Part shown: positions 49,012-58,826 of the stretch, in pieces
Position numbering within the stretch: position 1 is the first letter of the stretch
Layout: the number at the start of each line of letters is the position of its first letter
NCBI GenBank assembly: GCA_044229315.1
Contig: JBGATG010000007.1
Location: forward strand, 4,903-68,902
Direction of reading: 5' to 3'
DNA length: 64,000 nt
Source of the DNA: Bacteroidia bacterium
GTDB taxonomy: Bacteria > Bacteroidota > Bacteroidia > B-17B0 > Aurantibacillaceae
Program-made: the position numbers and the translations under genes
Notes under the pieces: model-generated
Database searches by the model: none
What the model was told of the DNA's origin: nothing
Seen by the model: the letters and a program-made list of their open reading frames with translations, nothing else

Positions 49012-50526
49012 TTAATCTTCTAGTTTTTGAAATGCTCTGCCCAGCTTTCCTATAACATCTGTAGCTAATAAACTTTCTTTACTGATCTTCTTGATGGCAA
49101 GATCTGCAGCGAAACCGTGAACATATACGCCTATCAAAGCGGCTTGAGGCGCTCTGTAACCTCGCGCTAGTAAACCGGTAATGATTCCGGTTAAAGCATC
49201 GCCGCTGCCGCCTTTAGCAAGTCCTGAATTTCCCGTGCTATTAAAATAACGCGAACCATCCGGCATGCAAACGCAGGTGTAAGTTCCTTTAAGAACAACG
49301 ATCACTTTATGTTTGATAGCGAATTGAACCGCTGTAGACCAACGATCCATATCATGTTCGTGTTTCTCGGTTAAACGATCAAACTCTTTTGGATGCGGCG
49401 TTAAAATTGTTTCCGGAGGTAAAAAACTCAACCAGGTTTTGTTCTCCGCTAAAATATTCAAACCGTCGGCATCTACGATCAATGAACTTGAGTTGTAATT
49501 CAATAATTTTTTCAGCACATCGGCGGTTTCCTGTTCGGTACCAATACCCGGACCAAAGGCGATCACATTATATTTTTTAAGATCGGGTAATTCGCAAATA
49601 AATTCGGCATTAGAATCAATACTGCTCATAGCTTCAGGCAAGTGATGCATAAGCGTGTGAATTGTGTTTTCTACCGAATGCACGGTTAGTAAACCTGCAC
49701 CACTCTTTAAACATGCCATCGCCGTAATACTTGCTGCCCCACGCATGGAATTACTTCCAGCGATCAACAACGCATGACCAAAATCGCCTTTGTGCGCAAA
49801 TTTCGGACGTAGCTTAAGAAGAGGTTTGATATCATTTCCTTCAAGAAAGAAACTTCTTGCTTTGATGAGATGTTGGAGGTGCGGATGTAAACCAATATTC
49901 AAAACTTCAAACTCCGGAACGGCCCATTTGTTTTGCGCGGCCAGGAAAGAAAGTTTGGGATATTGAAACGTCAATGTTATTCCTGAATGGATCACACGGT
50001 CATCCGTATCGTTTGCTTTATCAATATATAAACCGCTTGGGCAATCAATACTTATGACTTGTGTAAAATTCTTATTTACAAATTCAACAACTTCACGCAA
50101 AAGCCCATCTAACGGTTTATTCAGTCCGGTTCCCAATAACGCATCAACTAAAACTCCCAGAGAAGTGAAGCGAGTAGATTCAAGATCTTTTTCCGAATTA
50201 ATTTCATAGATCGCTTCCGGTTTAATCTCTTTTAAACGCTCGTAATTTATTTTACAGTCGGTTGAGAATTCCGCCTTGTAATTAACCAATACTGCCGTAC
50301 AATTATAAGAGCGATCCAACAACATGCGCGCTATAGCAAAACCATCGCCTCCGTTATTCCCTTTTCCGCACAATACAAAAATAGGTGTGCTATCGTCAAC
50401 GCGTTTGATAATGTGCATCACGCAAGCGCGTGCCGCCCGTTCCATAAGATCTATTGAAGCAATGGGTTCATGTTGAATGGTGTATTCATCGGCGAACTTT
50501 ATTTCTTCTCTATTCAGAATTTGCAT
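49012..50526 (-). CDS. nnr: Bifunctional NAD(P)H-hydrate epimerase/dehydratase
   Basis: LMERAA, GKGNNGGDG, DCPSG, AHKGDFG, TPHPKEF, KGGSGD; start at MQIL (50526). Confidence 0.92.
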   Translation of the reverse strand: MQILNREEIKFADEYTIQHEPIASIDLMERAARACVMHIIKRVDDSTPIFVLCGKGNNGGDGFAIARMLLDRSYNCTAVLVNYKAEFSTDCKINYERLKEIKPEAIYEINSEKDLESTRFTSLGVLVDALLGTGLNKPLDGLLREVVEFVNKNFTQVISIDCPSGLYIDKANDTDDRVIHSGITLTFQYPKLSFLAAQNKWAVPEFEVLNIGLHPHLQHLIKARSFFLEGNDIKPLLKLRPKFAHKGDFGHALLIAGSNSMRGAASITAMACLKSGAGLLTVHSVENTIHTLMHHLPEAMSSIDSNAEFICELPDLKKYNVIAFGPGIGTEQETADVLKKLLNYNSSSLIVDADGLNILAENKTWLSFLPPETILTPHPKEFDRLTEKHEHDMDRWSTAVQFAIKHKVIVVLKGTYTCVCMPDGSRYFNSTGNSGLAKGGSGDALTGIITGLLARGYRAPQAALIGVYVHGFAADLAIKKISKESLLATDVIGKLGRAFQKLED

Positions 50527-50531
50527 AGCTT

Positions 50532-50651
50532 CTAATGGCAAGAACAATCATCGACGCAATCTGCTTTTGCCTTGGGTTTAAAGAAGAATTTCTTTGCGAG
50601 AAAAAAAACCGCACCAAGTAATAAAATTATCGCGATAATGTATTGGATCAC
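50532..50651 (-). CDS. Small Cys-rich membrane protein (FeoB-associated-like)
   Basis: Manual translation from GTG 50651: VIQYIIAIILLLGAVFFLAKKFFFKPKAKADCVDDCSCH*. One TM helix, a basic patch and a CxxxCxC tail; below the ORF-track cutoff. Confidence 0.7.
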   Translation of the reverse strand: MIQYIIAIILLLGAVFFLAKKFFFKPKAKADCVDDCSCH

Positions 50652-50670
50652 GATATAAAATTACGCTTTT

Positions 50671-52539
50671 TTACTTGATAACAGGTAGTTCTATATAAGA
50701 AGAATTGATCCGATCGTGATAGATCCAGATCTCGGAAGTGCGGAAATCGGTATCGTTACAGGTGTAAGGATTTACGAATTCCTGCGGATTGCGATCAAAT
50801 AGTGGGAACCAGCTGCTTTGGATCTGAACCATGATGCGATGCCCTTTTTGAAAGGTGTGCGCTACATCAGGTAATTCAAAATTCACATCTTCCACTTTCA
50901 TTGGGGTAAAGGCTTCAGGGAATTCAAAGTTTTTTCTATAACGCCCTCGCATGATCTCGCCACGCACTAACATTTGATAGCCCCCCATGGGTTGGTCAAA
51001 ATCTTCCTCCTTGCAGCAATATGTAGAGTCATACTTGAAGTCGTCAGGGAACACGTCAATTAATTTTACGACAAAATCCGCGTCGGTGGTAGAGATCGCT
51101 GTTTTAAGAAAGGCTTTTAGAACGCCACCGACCTTTACATCTTCGGTTAGAATTTCTGTTTGGAATGTAATAACGTCGGTTCTGCGAGACGCAAAACGTT
51201 GATCGTCGGTCATGTATTCTTTAGTTCTTCCCAAATGCACGCCGTCGGCATATGGAACAGGTTTGTTTGGATCGCTGATGTATTTGGTAAATGACTTGTC
51301 TCGAGTGGATCTATTAAGCGACAAACTTCCGCTTTCTCCAAGGTAAAATTGTTTTGGAGTTGAGGCCGGCGGCCAACTATTAAATGTATACCATTTATTT
51401 TCTCCCGAGAAAAAGACATTTGCAACTGCAAGATCATTAACGCTGCCTTTATTCTTCAAATAAAAATTAAAGAACTTCATCTCAATATTTTTTTGATACC
51501 ACTCCGAGTGTTTTGACCCAAATAAGATATTTCCAAGATTAGCGCCGGTTGCTCTGCCACCCCAACCGCCGTGCGACCAAGGACCGACTACTAAACGGCT
51601 ATTGGTTTGCGGTGACTGATCTTTTAAAGCTTTATACAAATTCCAGGCACCATAACAATCTTCGGCGTCAAATAAACCGCCAACTACCATCATCGCGGGT
51701 TTTACATTGTAACAGCCCGAGCGTGCGTTGCGGTCCTTCCAAAATTTATCGTAGTTAGGATGTTTGCTGAGCTCTCCCCAAAAGCGAATACTGTCGGTAA
51801 ATAATTTTTCGTAATTCTTGAAAGCTCCCATTCTCAAATGGAATGCGTAGTTATCTTCTATTGGAAATTTGTAACCCGGACTTCCAACTTTCGTGGGTTT
51901 AGGATGCGGCATTCCAAATGAATAATAAAAACCAAAAGCATCCATGATAGCCAAAGCACCATTGTGATGAAAATCATCTCCTAAGAACCATTCAGTAACC
52001 GGCGCTTGCGGACTTACCGCTTTTATAGCGGGATGATTACTTAACGCAGCTTCGGTAGCATAAAAGCCGGGGTATGAAATTCCGAACACACCCACATTTC
52101 CGTTATTGTTCTTCGTATTCTTTACCAACCAATCAACAGCATCATAAGTATCCGACGCTTCATCAATTTCTTTTCCTTTTTTTGCTTTATTAAAAGGGCG
52201 CACATCTTCAAACACGCCTTCACTCATCCAACGTCCGCGAACGTCCTGGATCACAAAAATGTAACCTTCTTTTAAGTATCCGAGTAAATACGTTTTCCAT
52301 AAACGCGTAGAGTATTCCTGTAAACCATAAGGGCTACAAGAGTAGGGTGTACGGATCATTAAAATAGGATGCTTTTCGTTTTGATCTTTTGGTTCGTAAA
52401 CAGCGGTAAACAAATTAATGCCATCACGCATTTTAATGTTCACTTCCTTTTTTGTGTAGTTATTGTAAAACCATACACTGTCGGCATTTTGTGCCGCAAC
52501 ACTAAAGGAAATAAAAATAAAAGCTACTAATAATCTCAT
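50671..52539 (-). CDS. CocE/NonD-family hydrolase
   Basis: IRTPY, QDVRGRWMSEG, GISYPG nucleophile motif, GPWSHG, VQIQSSWFP. Confidence 0.9.
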   Translation of the reverse strand: MRLLVAFIFISFSVAAQNADSVWFYNNYTKKEVNIKMRDGINLFTAVYEPKDQNEKHPILMIRTPYSCSPYGLQEYSTRLWKTYLLGYLKEGYIFVIQDVRGRWMSEGVFEDVRPFNKAKKGKEIDEASDTYDAVDWLVKNTKNNNGNVGVFGISYPGFYATEAALSNHPAIKAVSPQAPVTEWFLGDDFHHNGALAIMDAFGFYYSFGMPHPKPTKVGSPGYKFPIEDNYAFHLRMGAFKNYEKLFTDSIRFWGELSKHPNYDKFWKDRNARSGCYNVKPAMMVVGGLFDAEDCYGAWNLYKALKDQSPQTNSRLVVGPWSHGGWGGRATGANLGNILFGSKHSEWYQKNIEMKFFNFYLKNKGSVNDLAVANVFFSGENKWYTFNSWPPASTPKQFYLGESGSLSLNRSTRDKSFTKYISDPNKPVPYADGVHLGRTKEYMTDDQRFASRRTDVITFQTEILTEDVKVGGVLKAFLKTAISTTDADFVVKLIDVFPDDFKYDSTYCCKEEDFDQPMGGYQMLVRGEIMRGRYRKNFEFPEAFTPMKVEDVNFELPDVAHTFQKGHRIMVQIQSSWFPLFDRNPQEFVNPYTCNDTDFRTSEIWIYHDRINSSYIELPVIK

Positions 52540-52542
52540 AAA

Positions 52543-54120
52543 TTAAAACGGATCTTCGATATCGTTACGGGCAATATCAGATGAAGTATCATCCACATTA
52601 TTCCAATTCTTTGATTGTACGGTTTTTGTTCCATCCGCACCAAGGAAACCTTCATTTTGCGGCAACGCATTTGAATTACTTCCGCCTGATGTATAAATAC
52701 TATCGGCACCTTCGGTATAATCAAGATCAGCAAATTTAGCGTATTGACCAATGAAGCGAAGTTTTACAGTTTCTAAAGCACCATGACGGTTCTTGGCAAT
52801 GATGATCTCAGCTTTGTTACGCGTTGGTTCATTTTGCTCGTCAAATTCAATTCCATAATATTCCGGACGGTAAATGAACATTACCATATCCGCGTCCTGC
52901 TCAATTGCTCCCGATTCGCGGAGGTCACTTAATTGCGGACGTTTACTGCCACCCGGACGATTTTCTACCTGACGACTTAACTGCGATAGCGCGATGATTG
53001 GGATCTCTAATTCTTTTGATAAACTCTTTAATCCACGAGAGATATTACTGATCTCCTGTTCACGATTTCCTTTACTGTCTGGTCCGCCGCTCATTAATTG
53101 CAAATAATCGATAATGATCAGGGACACATTTTGATTTTCTTTTAAACGACGTGCTTTCGCGCGTAATTCAAAAATGGAAAGCGCAGGTGTATCATCAATA
53201 AATAAAGGCGCGGTGGCTAATTTTTTGATACGCTCGTGTAATTGCACGAATTCGTGATTATCTAAATTTCCTTTTAAGATCTTGTCTTGAGCAATTTCTG
53301 TTTCGCTGGAGATCAAACGTTTTACCAATTGCAAACTGCTCATCTCTAAAGAAAAGATGGCAACCGGTTTATTGAATTCAACTGCCGCGTTCTTTGCCAT
53401 GGTAACAACAAATGCCGTTTTACCCATACCCGGACGAGCAGCTAAAATAAGAAGATCTGATTTTTGCCAACCGCCGGTGATGCGATCCAAAGAAGTAAAT
53501 CCACTTGGTACACCTAACAATCCATCAGTTTTGTTAGCAGCGGTCTCAATTTCTTCAATAGCTTTTGAGATCAAGGTACTCATACGGTCGTGTTGTTTAC
53601 GAACGTTGCTATCTAGGATCTCGAAAATATTTTTGGTGGTCTCATCCAGCAATTCAAAAACGTCAGTACTGTCTTCGTATGCTGTTTTGATGGTATCCGT
53701 ACTAATGCGAATAAGCTCGCGTTGCAAATATTTTTGCGCAACAATACGGGCGTGAAACTCAATGTTAGCCGACGACGCAATTCGGTTCGTTAGTGAAGAA
53801 ACATAATAAGCGCCACCAACAAATTCCAGTTCTCCTGTGCGTTTTAATTCTTGCGTTACGGTAAGAATATCTACAGGCTCCGAACGGTTAAATAAAGCGA
53901 TCATCGCGCCAAATACTTTACCATTTTGTTCTTTGTAAAAAGCGTCGGGACTTAAAAGGTCAATAACTGTACTAAGTGCATCCTTTTCAAGCAACATGGC
54001 CCCTAGAACAGCTTCTTCGAGGTCAACCGCTTGTGGTTGGATCTTTCCTATATCTTGGTTACTTCCGGTTTGTAAGTTGTAAAGTCTTTTCTTGGTTTTA
54101 TTTTGATTGTCCTGGTTCAT
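52543..54120 (-). CDS. dnaB: Replicative DNA helicase
   Basis: PQAVDLEEAVLG, AARPGMGKT, IIIDYLQLM, DLRESGAIEQDAD. Confidence 0.97.
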   Translation of the reverse strand: MNQDNQNKTKKRLYNLQTGSNQDIGKIQPQAVDLEEAVLGAMLLEKDALSTVIDLLSPDAFYKEQNGKVFGAMIALFNRSEPVDILTVTQELKRTGELEFVGGAYYVSSLTNRIASSANIEFHARIVAQKYLQRELIRISTDTIKTAYEDSTDVFELLDETTKNIFEILDSNVRKQHDRMSTLISKAIEEIETAANKTDGLLGVPSGFTSLDRITGGWQKSDLLILAARPGMGKTAFVVTMAKNAAVEFNKPVAIFSLEMSSLQLVKRLISSETEIAQDKILKGNLDNHEFVQLHERIKKLATAPLFIDDTPALSIFELRAKARRLKENQNVSLIIIDYLQLMSGGPDSKGNREQEISNISRGLKSLSKELEIPIIALSQLSRQVENRPGGSKRPQLSDLRESGAIEQDADMVMFIYRPEYYGIEFDEQNEPTRNKAEIIIAKNRHGALETVKLRFIGQYAKFADLDYTEGADSIYTSGGSNSNALPQNEGFLGADGTKTVQSKNWNNVDDTSSDIARNDIEDPF

Positions 54121-54198
54121 AAAAATTTAAGGGACGATAAAAGTGCGATAATTTTGGCTTCTATTAAATTTACGAAATCGTACTTATGCTTTAAAAGA

Positions 54199-54307
54199 TG
54201 TGCATAACAATAATTGGTTCACGCTGTCAGGACTTTAGCTGATCCCGGGTGTTAATAACTGCCTTGGTCAATTGTTAACACACTACTTGTTGGGGAATTG
54301 TTAATTA
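54199..54307. promoter_or_regulatory. Cluster of DnaA-box-like motifs upstream of dnaB
   Basis: TGTGCATAA (54199-54207, reverse complement TTATGCACA), TGTTAATAA (54250), TGTTAACA (54273), TGTTAATTA (54299). Confidence 0.35.
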
Positions 54308-54569
54308 CATAATAAGCTTAAGGCTCAGGCGATTGATATTAAAAAAGAATTTTGGTATTGTTTATTTGTTTTTTTGTTGTACCCAATGTACATATATTTT
54401 TGTTCAAAGATGCGAAGTGATTTTTTGCCAAGACGATGAATAAAAACTCTTGCGTATAGGTTGTTACGGAAGAGTTTTTTGAAGAAGTATTGGCGAAAAA
54501 GAACGAGCATACTGGACCAAAATATACGTACATTTGGTACTCCCATGTTGGGAAAATTTTTAGATCTCA

Positions 54570-55511
54570 ATGAGAGTGCTGCTTGCAGATAGTAATCACC
54601 CTGTTTTACACGAAACCTTAATTGCGAATGGAATTGAGTGTGATCAGTTCTGGGATAAAACGAAGGAGGAGCTTGTTTCAATTCTCCCAAATTACCAGGC
54701 CATTGTTTTGCGTAGCAAATTTAAGATCAGTAAAGAGATCATAGATACTTGCCCGAATTTAAAATGCATTGGTAGAGTGGGCGCGGGCATGGAAAATATT
54801 GATGTTGCGTATGCGCAAAGCAAAGGAATTACGTGTGTTCATGCACCCGAAGGAAATATGGATGCGGTTGGAGAACAAACTTTGGGAATGTTGCTGATGC
54901 TTTTGAATAATTTAAAGAAAGCGGATGCTGAGGTGAGAAAAGGAATTTGGCTGCGTGCCGAAAATCGTGGGCGAGAATTAAAGCATATGTGTGTTGGAAT
55001 TATCGGCTACGGAAATATGGGTTCTTCGTTTGCGCAAAAACTCTCCGGAATGGGTTGCGAGATCTTAGCGTACGATAGATATAAGACCGGCTTCGGAAAT
55101 TCTTTAGTAAAAGAAGTGCAGATGAAAGATCTGTACGAAAAAGCAGATGTTGTGAGTTTGCATGTGCCGCTTACTGATGAAACTGCCTATATGGTGAATG
55201 CGGGATTCATTTCTAAATTCAAAAAACCAATTTACATAGTGAATACCGCGCGCGGGAAATGTTTAAATACGCATGACCTTGTAGAAGGAATGAAAACTGG
55301 AAAGGTATTAGGCGTGTGTTTAGATGTGCTGGAGTATGAAGCGGTTTCTTTTGAGGCATTAGATCACACAAAACTTCCTGAACCTTTTAAATACTTAATT
55401 GAAAGCGATAGAACTATTCTTACACCACATATTGCAGGATGGACGCATGACAGCAATTATAAAATGAGTAAGCTCATTGCTGAAAAAATGATAAACGTAT
55501 TGCTTAAGTGA
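54570..55511 (+). CDS. D-2-hydroxyacid dehydrogenase (phosphoglycerate dehydrogenase-like)
   Basis: GRVGAGMENID, GIIGYGNMG, NTARG, TPHIAG. Confidence 0.88.
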   Translation: MRVLLADSNHPVLHETLIANGIECDQFWDKTKEELVSILPNYQAIVLRSKFKISKEIIDTCPNLKCIGRVGAGMENIDVAYAQSKGITCVHAPEGNMDAVGEQTLGMLLMLLNNLKKADAEVRKGIWLRAENRGRELKHMCVGIIGYGNMGSSFAQKLSGMGCEILAYDRYKTGFGNSLVKEVQMKDLYEKADVVSLHVPLTDETAYMVNAGFISKFKKPIYIVNTARGKCLNTHDLVEGMKTGKVLGVCLDVLEYEAVSFEALDHTKLPEPFKYLIESDRTILTPHIAGWTHDSNYKMSKLIAEKMINVLLK

Positions 55512-56015
55512 TTACGGAGCGTAGATCTCGTCCGTCATAACCTCTTCGGTCTTATTTCCTTTTTGATCTACCATGTAGATCTTGTATTTGAAGTTCTTAT
55601 ACTTCGCGTCACTTCTCCATCCAACTAATGAAATAGTGATCTGGCCTTTGATAGATTGATCTTTTGAAAGTTCGCTTGGTCGGTATACAGTATAAGCGAG
55701 TGGTTGGTGATTATAAACAACCGTGTCAGGCGTGTATTTAGTGGGAAAATGCACCTCAGTTAAACCCGGCTTATAGGATCCATCAGTGTCTTTATAATAG
55801 AACCATGCGAAGAAATTATTGTCCTTAGTCTCTTTTTCCGCAAAAATATCGCCATCCCCATCAGTGTAATTAATAGTGAGGTAACCAATGTTCTCGTCCT
55901 GCGCAATAAAATTCTCATAAGAGATGGTTGGTACCGGATCGGTACTTTTGCGCTTTACACATCCAAATAACATCGCACTCAATCCTAAAAATAATATGGT
56001 CTTGTTAAACCTCAT
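55512..56015 (-). CDS. Hypothetical lipoprotein
   Basis: Lipobox LFGC; YTDGDGD motif. Confidence 0.7.
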   Translation of the reverse strand: MRFNKTILFLGLSAMLFGCVKRKSTDPVPTISYENFIAQDENIGYLTINYTDGDGDIFAEKETKDNNFFAWFYYKDTDGSYKPGLTEVHFPTKYTPDTVVYNHQPLAYTVYRPSELSKDQSIKGQITISLVGWRSDAKYKNFKYKIYMVDQKGNKTEEVMTDEIYAP

Positions 56016-56059
56016 TCCAATTAATACCTAAATTTACAAAATAAAACCTTTGTTCTAAA

Positions 56060-57043
56060 ATGTTTAAGGATATAACGGATATTTTTAAAATTAATTGTGA
56101 AGAGGACCTTATAAAAATGGCACTCAGCACCTTCCGTTATCAATTTCATAATAATCCTGTTTATAAGGCTTGGGCATCGGCTTTTGTTAAATCGGAAAGC
56201 GATGTTACAACATTAGAGCAAATACCGTTTCTCCCAATAGAATTCTTTAAAAGCCAAGACGTTATTTGTGAAGGAAATACACACGATGAGGTCTTTAGCA
56301 GCAGTTCAACAACGGGGCAAACACCGTCCAAACATTATGTAAAGGATCTTAGAGTTTATGAATCATCATTTTTAAAAAGCTTTCAATTGCTTTTTGGAGA
56401 ACCTAAAGATTATTGTGTTTTAGCACTTTTACCCGGGTATTTGGATAGAAAAGGCTCGTCGTTAGTTTACATGTGTAATAAACTTATTGAACTTTCGGCA
56501 CACGAAAAAAGTGGATTTTATTTACGAAACCTCGATGAGTTAGTTGAAGTGATCAAACAACTCAAAGGGCAAAAACAAAAAACAATTTTGATCGGCGTAT
56601 CGTATGCGTTAATGGATCTGGCCGAAAAAAACATTGAATTGGATCAAAACTTCCAAGTGATAGAAACCGGCGGAATGAAAGGGACGCGTAAAGAATTGTT
56701 GAAGGAAGAATTGCACGCGATTCTAAAACAGAAATTTAGGATCGATTCTATCGCGAGCGAGTACGGAATGACCGAACTATTGAGTCAAGCTTACGCACTT
56801 AAAGAAGGAAAATTCAAAAGTCCACCCTGGATGAAATTCATGATCAGAGACGTCAACGATCCGTTCACGTATTTGAAACAAAATAAAACAGGGGGTATTA
56901 ATGTCATCGATCTTGCCAATATTTATTCTTGTAGTTTTATTGCCACGCAAGATCTTGGTCAGTTGAATGAGCATGGCGAGTTAAAATTAATGGGACGTTT
57001 TGATAACAGTGACATTAGGGGATGCAATTTGCTGGTAAGTTAA
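56060..57043 (+). CDS. LuxE/PaaK-like acyl-protein synthetase family protein
   Basis: IPFLPIEFFK, FSSSSTTG, ETGGMKG, SEYGMTELLSQAY, GRFDNSDIRGC. Confidence 0.82.
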   Translation: MFKDITDIFKINCEEDLIKMALSTFRYQFHNNPVYKAWASAFVKSESDVTTLEQIPFLPIEFFKSQDVICEGNTHDEVFSSSSTTGQTPSKHYVKDLRVYESSFLKSFQLLFGEPKDYCVLALLPGYLDRKGSSLVYMCNKLIELSAHEKSGFYLRNLDELVEVIKQLKGQKQKTILIGVSYALMDLAEKNIELDQNFQVIETGGMKGTRKELLKEELHAILKQKFRIDSIASEYGMTELLSQAYALKEGKFKSPPWMKFMIRDVNDPFTYLKQNKTGGINVIDLANIYSCSFIATQDLGQLNEHGELKLMGRFDNSDIRGCNLLVS

Positions 57044-57051
57044 ACTAATTG

Positions 57052-57125
57052 TGAATGATGATTTACGAATGATGAATTGAGATCAGCATTTTTTATAGAT
57101 CATCAATCATAACTCATAATTATAA
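57052..57125. repeat. Degenerate inverted heptamer arrays
   Basis: GAATGAT-GATTTAC-GAATGAT-GAATTGA ... TCATCAA-TCATAAC-TCATAAT. Confidence 0.55.
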
Positions 57126-57127
57126 AC

Positions 57128-57475
57128 ATGGCGGAAAGAAAACTGGATAAAGACTTTTTTCAAATGGTTTACCAGGTTGCCAGGCTAATTCCTAAGGGGA
57201 GAGTAACTTCTTATGGCGCTATTGCAAAATATTTGGGTGCACCCGGAGCGGCACGTATTGTAGGTTATGCCATGAATGGCGCGCATTCTCAAAAGAAGAA
57301 AGTGCCCGCACATCGTGTGGTGAACAGTAAAGGTATTTTAAGCGGTAAGCATCATTTTGAAACGCCTTTTCAAATGCAAGCTCTGCTTGAAAAGGAAGGT
57401 ATCAAAGTAAAGAAGGATACGATCATTGATTTCGACGAATACTTTTGGGACCCCAGAACAGAATTGAAAATTTGA
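57128..57475 (+). CDS. Alkyltransferase-like (ATL/MGMT family) DNA base-flipping protein
   Basis: IPKGRVTSYGAIA...ARIVG...VPAHRVV; Ala in place of the catalytic Cys. Confidence 0.85.
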   Translation: MAERKLDKDFFQMVYQVARLIPKGRVTSYGAIAKYLGAPGAARIVGYAMNGAHSQKKKVPAHRVVNSKGILSGKHHFETPFQMQALLEKEGIKVKKDTIIDFDEYFWDPRTELKI

Positions 57476-57501
57476 ACTATATTTAATCCAAAATTAGCCA
57501 A

Positions 57502-57909
57502 ATGAAATCGAAAATTCGCGAACACTTAAATTTGAAAAATAAACACGTGAGCAAAAAAGTACTAATTGGGGCTATTGTGCTAGCCAATGTGTTTTTAGCC
57601 TGTAAGAAAGAAGACAGAACATGTACGTGTACTGTTTCTAAGATCGGAACTTCAACCACTAGAGCTGCGCTGACCTTTTCAATACCTATTGTGGGTAACG
57701 TTCCGGTGATCGACACCTCGTTTGTTACAACGGTGAGCGATGTATTCACTTATGATCGCGTAATAAAAAAGGTGACCAAGAAACAAGGCGAATACAACTG
57801 TTACAGTTATACCGAACCCTATAAGAACATCACAACTAACGATGCTCCGCCTTTAACCTTGATCACAACTGAGGAAGGAACCAAATCTTACGACTGCAAG
57901 CTAAAATAG
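57502..57909 (+). CDS. Cys-containing lipoprotein
   Basis: FLAC-KKEDRTCTC...C...C; start uncertain. Confidence 0.65.
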   Translation: MKSKIREHLNLKNKHVSKKVLIGAIVLANVFLACKKEDRTCTCTVSKIGTSTTRAALTFSIPIVGNVPVIDTSFVTTVSDVFTYDRVIKKVTKKQGEYNCYSYTEPYKNITTNDAPPLTLITTEEGTKSYDCKLK

Positions 57910-57961
57910 CACGGACGTAACGTTTTGTCTGTCAGTATATTACAAACTCTCTTATTGGGGC

Positions 57962-57992
57962 TTTGTGAGTCCCGATTTTATTTATATCTTTG
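57962..57992 (+). promoter_or_regulatory. Bacteroidota sigma-70-type promoter for rpmI-rplT
   Basis: TTTG (57962-57965), N19, TATCTTTG (57985-57992). Confidence 0.78.
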
Positions 57993-58017
57993 CCATCCTT
58001 AAAAAAACAAGTACACG

Positions 58018-58218
58018 ATGCCAAAAATGAAGACAAATTCCAGCGCTAAGAAACGCTTCAAGGTGACTGGAACAGGTAAGATCAAAAGAAAAAAGGCCTT
58101 TAAACGTCACATTTTAACGAAGAAGGAAAAAGATCGTAAACGCGCACTAGCAAAATCAGGCTTGGTGAGCAAGGAAGATCTTGGAAACGTTAAGATGTTA
58201 CTCTCAATAGGAAAATAA
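58018..58218 (+). CDS. rpmI: 50S ribosomal protein L35
   Basis: [21 protein letters not shown]...HILTKK. Confidence 0.97.
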   Translation: MPKMKTNSSAKKRFKVTGTGKIKRKKAFKRHILTKKEKDRKRALAKSGLVSKEDLGNVKMLLSIGK

Positions 58219-58313
58219 ACCAAGAAATTACCGGTAGAAAAACAAATGTTTAACCAGAGCTTCAGCCAAAAAGATTCCTAAGGGAACGCTGAAGATCAAA
58301 AACGAAAAAAGAA

Positions 58314-58658
58314 ATGCCAAGATCAGTCAATCACGTAGCCAGTAAGGCTCGCAGAAAAAAGATCCTAAGACTTACAAAAGGTTATTGGGGAGCAAGAGGT
58401 AACGTACTTACCATTGCAAAGAACACATTAGAAAAAGGTTTAATTTACGCGTACCGCGATCGTAAGAACAAAAAACGCAATATGCGTGCTCTTTGGATTC
58501 AACGTATCAACGCGAGTGTTCGCGAAGAAGGATTAAGCTATTCTGAATTCATGGGTAAATTGAACGCTAAAGGTTTAAAATTGAACCGCAAAGTATTAGC
58601 GGATCTTGCTATGAATCATCCGGAAGCTTTTAAAGCTGTAATTAATCAGGTGAAATAA
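58314..58658 (+). CDS. rplT: 50S ribosomal protein L20
   Basis: [10 protein letters not shown]...[10 protein letters not shown]...LWIQRINA...[10 protein letters not shown]. Confidence 0.98.
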   Translation: MPRSVNHVASKARRKKILRLTKGYWGARGNVLTIAKNTLEKGLIYAYRDRKNKKRNMRALWIQRINASVREEGLSYSEFMGKLNAKGLKLNRKVLADLAMNHPEAFKAVINQVK

Positions 58659-58678
58659 ATAGTATTTAAATAAGAATG

Positions 58679-58710
58679 AAGCCTCGCTAAAAAGCGGGGC
58701 TTTTTTATTT
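58679..58710 (+). terminator. Intrinsic terminator
   Basis: AAGCCTCGC-TAAAAA-GCGGGGCTT followed by TTTT. Confidence 0.8.
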
Positions 58711-58826
58711 ATTCCTTGTTAAAATGCAAATAATTTACCACTGAATAAACCAATGGGCTCATTTGCTCAACAAGAGCCCATTTTATGACAAAATTTTACT
58801 AAATTAGTGGGTCTTTTTACGGGCCA

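Noticed and set aside
54325-54690. Minus-strand ORFs upstream of dnaB
   Set aside because: Low-complexity AT-rich translation with no motif, partly overlapping the dehydrogenase gene.
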